DNA from: Clostridia bacterium
GTDB taxonomy: Bacteria > Bacillota > Clostridia > Oscillospirales > CAG-272
Length of the DNA stretch: 64,000 bases
NCBI GenBank assembly: GCA_017472255.1
Contig: JAFUQU010000001.1
Coordinates: 5,304-69,303, forward strand
Direction of reading: 5' to 3'
The notes under the pieces were generated by a model that was not told the origin of the DNA, searched no databases, and was given only the letters and a program-made list of their open reading frames with translations. The position numbers and the translations under genes were made by a program. This document shows, piece by piece, positions 8,822 to 18,700 of the stretch (the stretch's first letter is position 1; every line of letters starts with the position of its first letter).

Positions 8822-10930
8822 TCAAATTTCGTGCTCGGTGCGGAGCAGAACCTCTGCCTGCATTTCGGAAGAAATTTTCACAAAATAATCGCTGTAGCCG
8901 CCGATGCGCACCACCAGATCGCGGTAAGCGTCGGGATTTTCACGGGCCGCCAGCAGGGTTTCGCGGTCGGTGACGTTGATCTGCATCTCAAAGCCGCCCC
9001 GCTTCATGAAGGTGCGCACCACCGACGCGATTTTCGCGCAGGAGTCGGCGGTCATCGTCTTTTTCGAAAACTTCATGTTCACCGCCACGCCGCCGATCAG
9101 CTCGCGATGGGACCATTTGGTGCTGGACAACACCGACGCGGTGGGACCCTTCCGCTCCCTGCCCTGACAGGGACCGGAGCAGTCGCCCAGCGGGAAGCCG
9201 GCGAGGCGTCCGTCCGGGGTTGCGCCGGTTTCACGTCCGAAGTACTCGTGCATAATCCAGCAGAAAACGCTGGGAATCAGCCGGGCGCCTGACAGCATGG
9301 GCGTGTACTTTTTGCACTCGGCGACGATGAAATCCACGATGAGACCGAACAGGCTGTCCACCCGGTCGTCGTCGTTGCCGTATTTGGCGCAGCGCTCGGA
9401 CAGGCAGGTTCGCATGGCGTCGTATCCTTCGAAGTTGGCGTCCAGCATGGCTTTCAGCTCGGGCAGGGTCAGCGCCTGCTTTTCGTAAACCATCGTGCGG
9501 ATGGCTTCCAGCGAATCCACCAGATTGGCCACGCCCACAAAGCTGGGCATAATCCAGTTGTAGCGCGCGCCCCCCTGCTCCAGGTCGCGTCCGTTGGCAA
9601 GGCAGTCGTCAACGAAGCAGGAGAGCAGCGGCTCCATGCCGCGCTCAAACCGTTGGGCGCGGTTTGCGTTCTTTTCCTCGAAGTTGTTCCGGATATGTGC
9701 CGAAAGCCGGGCAAAATAAGCGTCCAGCAGCGCTTCGAAGGTGGGATAATCCCCGTCCAGCAGATCGAGCAGCAGCCCCGGCATATTGGTGTAGGGCGAC
9801 GCCACCCAGACGTTGGACGCGCCGATGGGCGTGATTTCCACGCAGGTGCTGTGGATGTACATCCGGGAATCGGCGGCGGGGACGCCGTAGAGCTGCAAGC
9901 CCTCCGCAATCAGGTCGTCGTTGAAGATGGCGGGATGGGAACGTCCGTGGGAGAGGATTTCGCAGGCCTTGCGTAAGAAGCGCTCGGGCATATCGGGCGT
10001 CCAGCAGAGTCCCACCGCCGGATAAACCAGCCGCACGTCGTCGATGACCTGCATCCCCATTTCGGTCAGCTCGTTGGCGACGGTCACGCCCTCCGCATCC
10101 CGTCCGCCCACCATCCAGCCGCAGGAAAGTCCGTGAGGAACGCGGTTGTTCACCTGAATCGCCAGACAGTCCAGCAGACACTGCACTCCCTCGTCGGTAA
10201 GGATTCCGGCGGCCTTGTCGCGCTGATAGAACGGGTACAGATAGCGGTCGGGGCGTCCCAGCTGGAACTGCTGCGACGCAAAATAGCGGAAGGGATCGAG
10301 GGTCAGGCAATGGCTGATGAAATGCACCGCCTGCACCGCTTCATGAAAGGTTGCGGCGGGCTGCATGGGGACGCGGCGGCAGATGCGGGCAATTTCGCGC
10401 AGCTCCCCGGCGCGGACTGCATCGGCGCAGGTGTCGGCAAGGGCGTCGGCGCGGTCGGCATAGCGGTTCGAATAGGCGGAAACCGCTTCCAGACAGGCGC
10501 GGCTGCATTGATAGAACGCGCGTTTCTCGGCGTCGGTTTCGCCGCAAAGATAGCCGTCGATTTCGGCGATGACGCCGGAAAGCCCCTTCGTGAGCAGCTT
10601 GTCGTAATCGATGGCCATGTGGGAATCCTGTCCCACCATGGCGATGCGCGGCTGGGCGACGGCGGCGCGCAGGTTTTCCCATTCGCGCTGTTCCTCGGCG
10701 GTCAGCGGGACGGAAACCTTGCCGACGATCAGTTCGCCGTCGTCGATGGTGACAGGCAGATCGGCAAAGGCGGCGGTATAAGCGGTCGCGTAACGCTCCC
10801 GGTCGGAAAGGTCGGGATTGGCTGCCCAGCTTCGCCAAAAGCGAAGATGAAAGGCGTCGGGGCAGATTGTGGGCGAGACGGCGGCGTCGCGCAGACGCTC
10901 GATGCGGGCAGTATCAGTTTGTGTCAGCAT
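8822..10930 (-). CDS. glycyl radical enzyme, PFL2/eliminase-like, 702 aa, substrate unknown
   Basis: C-terminal glycyl radical motif VVRIGGYSDYF (8882-8914). Thiyl loop HSTCVEITPIG (Cys363, Glu365; 9836-9850). SD AGGAGG upstream of the ATG. Confidence 0.85.
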   Translation of the reverse strand: MLTQTDTARIERLRDAAVSPTICPDAFHLRFWRSWAANPDLSDRERYATAYTAAFADLPVTIDDGELIVGKVSVPLTAEEQREWENLRAAVAQPRIAMVGQDSHMAIDYDKLLTKGLSGVIAEIDGYLCGETDAEKRAFYQCSRACLEAVSAYSNRYADRADALADTCADAVRAGELREIARICRRVPMQPAATFHEAVQAVHFISHCLTLDPFRYFASQQFQLGRPDRYLYPFYQRDKAAGILTDEGVQCLLDCLAIQVNNRVPHGLSCGWMVGGRDAEGVTVANELTEMGMQVIDDVRLVYPAVGLCWTPDMPERFLRKACEILSHGRSHPAIFNDDLIAEGLQLYGVPAADSRMYIHSTCVEITPIGASNVWVASPYTNMPGLLLDLLDGDYPTFEALLDAYFARLSAHIRNNFEEKNANRAQRFERGMEPLLSCFVDDCLANGRDLEQGGARYNWIMPSFVGVANLVDSLEAIRTMVYEKQALTLPELKAMLDANFEGYDAMRTCLSERCAKYGNDDDRVDSLFGLIVDFIVAECKKYTPMLSGARLIPSVFCWIMHEYFGRETGATPDGRLAGFPLGDCSGPCQGRERKGPTASVLSSTKWSHRELIGGVAVNMKFSKKTMTADSCAKIASVVRTFMKRGGFEMQINVTDRETLLAARENPDAYRDLVVRIGGYSDYFVKISSEMQAEVLLRTEHEI

Positions 10931-10963
10931 GAGAAATTCCTCCTGAAGGAAATGTTCAATGGA

Positions 10964-10991
10964 ATTATATCATAAGACCGATAAAATGCAA
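10964..10991 (-). promoter_or_regulatory. promoter of the GRE operon (TTGCAT-N16-TGaTATAAT)
   Basis: Reverse complement reads TTGCATtttatcggtcttatgaTATAAT, about 35 nt upstream of the SD. Confidence 0.6.
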
Positions 10992-11036
10992 GATGCGGGC
11001 GGAGAAATTCATAGATTGTTTACAAACCGCCCCCCA

Positions 11037-11065
11037 TTGACAGGCGGGGGATTCTATGATATAAT
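11037..11065 (+). promoter_or_regulatory. consensus promoter TTGACA-N17-TGaTATAAT
   Basis: Exact -35 and -10 hexamers with an extended -10. Divergent from the GRE promoter. Confidence 0.7.
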
Positions 11066-11093
11066 GAAGAAAAAAACATCGGAGGACACAGCT

Positions 11094-11900
11094 ATGTACA
11101 CAAAATCGCAGCTTCACGAACAGCTTGCCGAAATGGGCGTGCCCCAGGACAGCGTTGTGCTGATGCACATTTCGCTCAAATCCGTGGGCGAGACCGAGGG
11201 CAGGGGAGAGGGACTGCTGGACGCGCTGATCGAATACTGTACCGCGAAGGGCGGGCTGTTCTGCGTGCCCACCCACACCTGGGCGAACCTGAAGGATGTG
11301 GACACCAAGCCCACCCTCGACCTGAATTCGGACGAAACCTGCATCGGCGCGTTTCCGTCCATCGCCGCCCGCCGTCCCGACGGACACCGCTCGCTCCATC
11401 CCACCCATTCGATGATCGTCTTCGGCGACGCCGACCGCGCCGAGGCGTACATCAAGCCGGAGGAAACCAATCCCACTTCCACCGGTCCTTCCGGCTGCTA
11501 CGGACAGCTGGCTTCCCTGGGCGGCAAGGTTCTGCTGGTGGGCGTAGGGCACAACCGCAACACCTATCTGCACTCGGTGGAGGAAATGCTGGACGTGCCC
11601 AACCGCCTGACCGTTAAGCCGAAAAACGCCACCGTGAAGCTGAAATCGGGGGAGATTATTACTCACCCGCTTCGCTGCCACAACGCGGTGGGAATCGGCG
11701 ACGTGTCGGCGCGCTATCCCAAGTATGAACCCGCCTTCCGCTGGCATAACTGCATCGTGGACGGTCATGTGGGCGACGCGCCCGCGCAGCTCTGCGACGC
11801 GGTCGGGATGCGGGATGTGCTGACGCTGGTGCGTGAACGCAGCGGCGGCATTGAGCTGATGCAGGAGCACGACCCGCTGGACGAGAAATATTACAAGTGA
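11094..11900 (+). CDS. AAC(3)-family N-acetyltransferase (YokD-like)
   Basis: N-terminus MYTKSQLHEQLAEMGVPQDSVVLMHISLKSVG...PTHTW is typical of the family. GGAGG lies 8 nt upstream of ATG 11094. The track's longer N-terminus is rejected. Confidence 0.75.
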   Translation: MYTKSQLHEQLAEMGVPQDSVVLMHISLKSVGETEGRGEGLLDALIEYCTAKGGLFCVPTHTWANLKDVDTKPTLDLNSDETCIGAFPSIAARRPDGHRSLHPTHSMIVFGDADRAEAYIKPEETNPTSTGPSGCYGQLASLGGKVLLVGVGHNRNTYLHSVEEMLDVPNRLTVKPKNATVKLKSGEIITHPLRCHNAVGIGDVSARYPKYEPAFRWHNCIVDGHVGDAPAQLCDAVGMRDVLTLVRERSGGIELMQEHDPLDEKYYK

Positions 11901-11906
11901 AGTAGA

Positions 11907-11941
11907 AGAAGTACTGCCCGCCGGGCAGCACTTCTTTTTTG
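11907..11941 (+). terminator. rho-independent terminator
   Basis: 13-bp stem AGAAGTACTGCCC/GGGCAGCACTTCT (one mismatch) followed by TTTTTT. Confidence 0.8.
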
Positions 11942-11960
11942 GTAAAATATGAAATTAATA

Positions 11961-11989
11961 TTGACAAAAGCCTGGTAATATGCTATACT
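11961..11989 (+). promoter_or_regulatory. promoter of the tetR-giant protein operon (TTGACA-N17-TGcTATACT)
   Basis: Exact -35, near-consensus extended -10. Confidence 0.7.
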
Positions 11990-12003
11990 GGTATCGCATA
12001 TTA
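11976..12003. promoter_or_regulatory. 28-bp near-perfect palindrome overlapping the -10 box; candidate TetR operator
   Basis: TAATATGCTATAC-tg-GTATCGCATATTA. 13-bp arms with one mismatch, enclosing the -10 hexamer at 11984-11989. Confidence 0.55.
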
Positions 12004-12057
12004 TTACACGTTATAAATCACGGTATAGAGCATATAACAAAAGAAAAGAGAGCGTAT

Positions 12058-12777
12058 ATGAAAGAAAACACATCAAGCAGGCGGATGGATGAAATGAGAG
12101 CCAGACTTATCAGCGTCTCGGCAAAATTGTTTCTGCGAAAGGGATATTCCTCCACCTCCCTGCGTGAAATCGCGTCGGAGGCGGGGGTGAATATTGGTTC
12201 GCTGATGCACCTGTTCCAGACCAAGGAAACTCTCCTGTGTGAACTGGTGAATTTCGTTCTGGAAGGGCAATTCCGAGCGGCGGAGCAGCTGCTTGACGGA
12301 ATTACGGACGACAAGCAGCTGTTCTGGGCGGCAGAGACGACACTTCAGCTATATATGGCGGAAAGCGATGAAAAGATTCGCGAGCTGTACGATGCGGCGT
12401 ACTCCCTGCCCAAAACCTCCGCAATCATTTATCAGAATATTGCGGAAAAGATTCATCATTACTTCGGCGAACTGCATCCGGAGTATGAGAAAAAGGATTT
12501 TTATGAGCTCGAAATCGCGTCCGGCAGCATCATACGCGGCTTTATAGCCGTCAGATGCGATGTATATTTTACCATGGAGCGGAAGGTTAAGCGGTATATT
12601 GAAACTGCTTTCCGCGTATATGGAGCGGATGACGGACAGATCGCCCGGGCCATAGCCTTTGTATCGCAGTTTGATTTCAAAAAGATTGCTAGTCAGACAA
12701 TCGATGCCATGCTGGCTTATCTCGAAAATCCAATGCACAGCAGTATATTCATCGAAAGAAAGGATCAAAACCAATGA
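12058..12777 (+). CDS. TetR/AcrR-family transcriptional regulator
   Basis: N-terminal HTH ARLISVSAKLFLRKGYSSTSLREIASEAGVNIGSLMHLFQTKETLL. Starts at ATG 12058. The stop overlaps the next gene's start (ATGA). Confidence 0.85.
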   Translation: MKENTSSRRMDEMRARLISVSAKLFLRKGYSSTSLREIASEAGVNIGSLMHLFQTKETLLCELVNFVLEGQFRAAEQLLDGITDDKQLFWAAETTLQLYMAESDEKIRELYDAAYSLPKTSAIIYQNIAEKIHHYFGELHPEYEKKDFYELEIASGSIIRGFIAVRCDVYFTMERKVKRYIETAFRVYGADDGQIARAIAFVSQFDFKKIASQTIDAMLAYLENPMHSSIFIERKDQNQ

Positions 12778-15700
12778 ACACAAAGAAACGAGTGACATCA
12801 GCGCTGATCACGGCGTCCGTGCTGTTTGGTATGCTGTCGCCTCTCGGCGGGTTTGCGCAGAAGGTCAGCGCCGCGACGGTACAGGAAAAACTGTTCGATG
12901 CCAGTGTGCTTTCATCGCTGCATCTACAGCCCAGCGATTTTATCAATGATGGATCCAGCCATGCTTCTGCTACCATCGGCGGCAATTTTTCGCATACCAG
13001 CAACAACCATACCTATGTCGCCAACGCCAATGAAGGCGATTATGCGGGAAGCTCCAGATATTATCCCGGCGGAAAGAGCTATTACCGCTCCTCCGATCAG
13101 GGCGTGAATGACGCCTGGTCAGTGGCAACAAAATGGACACCTTCCTCCGCACAGCGGGAGATTCTTTCGCGGCTTGTTACCTCCCAAAATCAGCTGCAAA
13201 TCAGTGCCCGGTACGACGGCTGGTATGATACGCAGGGTGGTAAGAGCGCCGGTCGCGCCTATGTGACTGTCGGTGACACCGCGAGCACAACCACGGATAC
13301 GCTGCCCACCAACGTCAGCAAGACAACCTATCACAACAGAAATACCAGCTGGGTCAATGTGACAAAATATGACGCTTTTATTCTCAACATCGGCGGTACG
13401 AAGGGCTCCACTGGTATTGTGAAGCATCGGAACTATGCCCGCGTCGCCTCGCCGGAGGTCTATCTCAAGGATATCACCGCGCCTTGGGTGGAGAGCATCA
13501 CCGTCGTGGACAATGGCTATAACAAGAACTACACGACGGGCGATGTGATCACTGTGGAGGTGAAGTTCTCCGAGCCGATCCGCGTCAAAAACGGTTACAG
13601 CTCCGCTTTTTCGCTGAACGGCTCCGGCATCAGTTCCTTTACCGTGACGAAGTACGACGATTACACCCAGACCGTGACCTTTCAGGCGACGGTGGGCGAC
13701 AACAGAAACCAGCAGATCAGCAAGGGCAATTTCAGCCTGACCCTGAATAGCAGCACATCGAACATCACCGACCTGGCGGGCAACGCACTGAACACCAGCA
13801 GCGCGGTCAAGAGCGCTGTGGATGAAAATGTGATCATCAGCGGCTATGTGCCGCGAGTCACGCGGGTTGTGTATTCCCACGCGCAGATCCTGAATAATAT
13901 GGGCGGATACGATGTCAGCTACGCTGTGCAGGGCAGTGTCAAGGCAAAGGATTTTCTGTATATCAGCCTGTACTTCAATCAGGAAGTTTACTCCCCGAAC
14001 GGCAGTGAAGCTTCGTCCAAGCTCAATGTGAAGATCGGCAACACGACAACGACTGCCAGCCTGTCCAGCAGGTACAAAAACGGCAAGCCGGTCACAAAAG
14101 CCGGGGATTCGTTTGACTGTCTGACCTACATGGTACAGATTCCCGAGGGGATCAGTGACGGCTCGGCTGTCGTGCTTCCCGCGTCGGAGGAAAGCGGATA
14201 TTGGACGCTGACAGACAACCAGGAATGGTTGAAATACTTCAAGGGCAATATGATTCTCACCAACACTGACAAAAAGCAGACGATCAACGCCAGAACGGAG
14301 ATCGTGACCAGCGGAAGCGGCATTCTTCCCGTGATTAAAACCGATTCCACCGCTCCCGTCCTTACTCTCACCGATCTGAACGGCACGATGGCTTCGGTCT
14401 ATCAGACGGAGAGTGAGGCCGCGTCGGGTACGCCCATCAACAGCTATACGCTGTATGTGAAATCGGATGAGGAAGTGCGCGGAAATGTGGAAGCGGTTCT
14501 GAAGTACGCTCCCAAATCCAACCGCAGCAATGTCAAGGATGCAACCGACACACTGTATACCGGTGCTTACACGGTATCTCCTGTCAAGGGTATGTGTCTG
14601 ACGTTCAGCATTCCGGCGGGCATCGATTCGGCGGATTACGATATCTGGCTCGAAGTGACCGCACAGGATGGTATTTACAACAAAGATACGACAAAATTTT
14701 ATCTGTGCGCGGATACATCCGCACCGACTGTGACGATCGAGAACGATCAGATGATCACGCTGGACGGCGGCATGAAGGCCTGGGAATATGATTTCAATAT
14801 CTCCGACAAGCTGTCTCAGACCGGTTCTGTCCTGCGCTATCGTTTTGATTCGTCCAAGAATGAATTCTTCTCGGATTCGGACACGAGTTTCAAGGTTTTG
14901 TCCGGGGCTTATGAAAACAGCGCTATTGTCAGCGGTACTATCGAATATTACGGCGTGGACGGCATGGGCAATGCCTCAGCCGTCATGACGGATCGCTTTA
15001 TTATCGGCGATATCTCCGAGCTTTGCAAGCCGGTGGATGCTGAATCCGCCAGTGATTATTCCAAGCCGCCCCGCTCGATTGCGTTTACAGATTTCGATGC
15101 GCCCCAGACTGTAACCGGCGGCACGCTGTACGATTATCTCGTTTACCGGATCAACGCGAACGGGGCGGTCAATGTAATCTGCAGCAAGGACGGCGGCGAT
15201 GTTTCGATTCCCGAAGACCAGCTGCAGAACAACTGCATAATCTATTATCAGAAGCTGTCCTCTACGGAGCAGGAGCTTAAAGCAAATCTAGCCAACGAAG
15301 AGCTTATGGCGGCCCTTCCGATGAGTGAGCTGCTATATCGCTGCGATAATACGGCGCCCAGTCTGAAGGCTAAGATAGTGGAAAATCACGTTGGCAATGC
15401 GGAATATCTGAGCATTACGGCACCCAACGAGGAGCATCCCGCCAATATCACGGGCATAAGCTTCGCGCTGTATGATTATACCGGCAAGCTGCTGGGCGAG
15501 CAGGATATGAGCAGCAAGTTTGTACACAACGGAACGGTTGTGGCAAGTATTTCGCTGGAAGAAATGCTGAATAAATTCTCACTCCCGTCCGGTGAGTACA
15601 CCATGATGGTGACGCTGACCGACGCGAACGGTCACAGCGGCACATATACCGTTTTTGAAAACGTGGCGATCATCAAGGATACGCCCACGCTGAGCAATCT

Positions 15701-18700
15701 GACGATTCTAAACGCAGATGAGACCATTGTGTGCGGCGAGGCTGACGCAGACAGTGTGTCTGTAGACAATGAAGCACTGTCTGAGAAGGCATATGCCTCC
15801 GCTTTCGCGGACGGATATCTGCTGCGCGCGGACGTCCGGATGCGTTATCAGGGCAATGCGTTCCCGTCGGGCAGCAGGCTTTCCTATGTGGTTTCCACGG
15901 ACGGCGGTCTGAACTGGACGGAGTACACGGAAGACGGTATCGTATATGAAAACGAGGAGCCCGTCATCGTTACGGAAAACGGTGAGCGGTATGTCGTTTA
16001 TACCATCACGCTTCCTCTTCCCGAGCAGAATGTGGACGGCGAAGCCAGCTGCCTTGTGCGGGTAAAGTGGGATGTAAACCCGTATGTAACGGACGGTGTG
16101 CGCGTCAGCACGCTGTACGATATGTCGGCGCCGCTCATTTCCGTGACGGAAACGGCGGTGGGCAGTGATGCCTCCGGCTGGAGCGATGTGATTGACTACA
16201 CCAACGACTATGTAAAGTTGTCCCTTCCGGTGTCCGACAGCGGCATCTGCCCGAACGCTCTGAAGGTTACTGTCAGCGAAGTGCGGGATGTGGACGGCAA
16301 TGTGATCGCCCCTTCGGCATATGCTTCCTATGTTGAGCTGACAGACAGCACTTCGTCGGCTCCCACGGCGATTGTTAAGGAGAGCGGCCGCGTGACTTTC
16401 ACGGTGACGGACGCATGGGGCAACACGGCGAACGTGACTTATGTCTGCGCGTGGATTGACGATATCGAGACGGGCTGCCATGTCTATACCGACGCAGACA
16501 CGGAGCTGTACACCTATTTCACGCTGAAGAATTATTCGGATTACACTCTCGCAGCAGTTCCGTCGGGCACGGAGCTTACCGCTGACAGTTCCGAAGAAGA
16601 GCTGGCTGCGGCTGCCGCGCTGTATCAGACGCTGCTGAATGAGGATTACTTGGAAACCGAATCCCTTGCGACCATGGCTGCTGCTCGCAGCGGCGACCTG
16701 AACTCTGCGCTGCGCATCTTCCAGCGCAGACTGACAGAGGAAGCCTATGACATCATCTGCATCGTATACGATCGCAGAGGCGGCTGGGAAGCGTACAATA
16801 TTATGACAGCTGTCAATGAAGCGACAGCCATCGAGGCAGAGCCGTTCACAAGCACCGTAACCAATCGCGGCAATGTGGTCAATGTGGTACAGACGCTGAC
16901 CTTCAATAAGATGGTGGCGCAGCTGGATGACGATCTGGTGGAAGAAATCATTCAGGACGGCTACACGCCGGATCGCGACGATATTTTCTTCGGCGAGCTT
17001 GCCTTCTCAAAAACCATCGAGGCCGTGATCGAGGATGATAACGTCCGCGAGGGTTCGACGATGGCGGAGGTATATGTTACCGACATCTACGGTCAGATTG
17101 CCATGGTTCCGGTTGATATCACCGGCACGACGATCATCGACTACGCGGGCTATACCATTACATATCTGGACAACGGTGAGCAGGTGGACGACGACCATAT
17201 TTTCGGCGGCAATTCTGCGATCACACTGGAAATCGTCGGAAATGACGGCATCAGCGTTCTTCAGGTGGATGCGTCCTATATGGACAACGTGGTTACGGAA
17301 GGCGTCGTGACCTATGACGGTGAGGAATATTACTCCAAAATTACCCTGACGATGGAAGCCGGCAAGCTGAACGGAGAGGGCTATTATCACGCGGCGGATA
17401 TCCGCATCCGGAACATTGCCGGTACGGAGAGCGAAGAATACGTGGACGAAATTGCCATTCAGTATGACACAAAAGCGCCGGTGTTCGTGGACGCGGTTGA
17501 GATGATTCGCCGGGACTCCTACGACCCCGGCAAGGTGGTCTACCTGTTCTACGACCGCCGCGAGGTTGTGAGAGTTCTGGAGAATACGGACGGTGAAGGC
17601 GGAGAATTCACGGCGGTTCCATCAACCAACGGTATCTACTATGCGCAGTATCTTGCCAACACCACACCGATGGTTGCCGCTGAGGACTGCGACGGCAATA
17701 CCACCGCAAAAATCACTGGTCCTGTGATCGAAGACATCGTGGTAAGCACGACTTTGACGGAGGGTGTGGATTTTGTACTGAATGTTTCAGACGAAAACGG
17801 AGAAGCGCTCGAGGACGGTGCGTATTACACCAACGTGATCGCCGAAATCCAGGCATTGGAGGGCGGCAAGTCCTTTACGGCAGAGCCGGACGGAGCAGTG
17901 ACCATTGAAACGGAAAACCCGTTCATTTTCCGTCTGACTGACGAAAATGGAAACACAACCATTTATTCCTATACCGCGCCCATTGACCGCACGCCGCCGA
18001 CGGTATCGACGGTGCAGGACAACGCGGGCAGTCTGGTAAAGCGCATCATCTATACCATCACAGCGACGGATGAAAAATCCGGCGTGGCGCAGGTGTACAT
18101 TGCGGGCGCCGGAAAATACGGGGAGGATGTCGTTCTTGATATGGACGAGGAATCCGGCGCGTATATTTTCACAACAAGCAGTCCGGATACTTACACGCTC
18201 TGCGTGGTTGATGCGCTGGGCAACCGGACGGAAAAGAAGATCTCCTCCAACTCCTCGGTCGTGGGCGATCTTGAAATTACGGTTACTTATCATACCCAGG
18301 GAAAGACCAACAGAGGCTCCCGCGTCAGCCTACAGTCGGCGGACGGCAGACGCATTTATTCCAGGGTTGTTGACAGCACGATATCGGAAGCTGACTATTT
18401 CATCTCCGGCAATACGATCTATGTGATGAAGAACGGTATGCTGACGGTCAGCTGCTCGGACGAAATCGGAAATGCGGCGACAGCCAGTGTTGTGATCATC
18501 AATATCGACACAACCGCTCCCAAGGTAATATCGACAGTAACTGTGGCGGAAAATGAGGATGGGACGATCGATACCACACGCGCATATGTCACCTTCAAGG
18601 CCGAGGGTGAGGATGCGGACGCGGATGGCAATACCATCCCCGAAAGCGTGTATCTGCTGCGCATGACCGATCAGGATGTCACCTTTACCGACAACTGGGT

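Noticed and set aside
10959-11093. N-terminal extensions proposed by the ORF track: AAC(3) from 10959, tetR from 11980, HAD from 27371, lspA from 28743, queA from 39299, GH78 from 51815, PPIase from 41469, the hydrolase from 4613, AraC2 from 58365, and the small genes at 44336 and 47520.
   Set aside because: In each case an internal ATG with a properly spaced GGAGG-type SD coincides with the start of family-conserved sequence. The extension would also run across a promoter or into the neighbouring gene.
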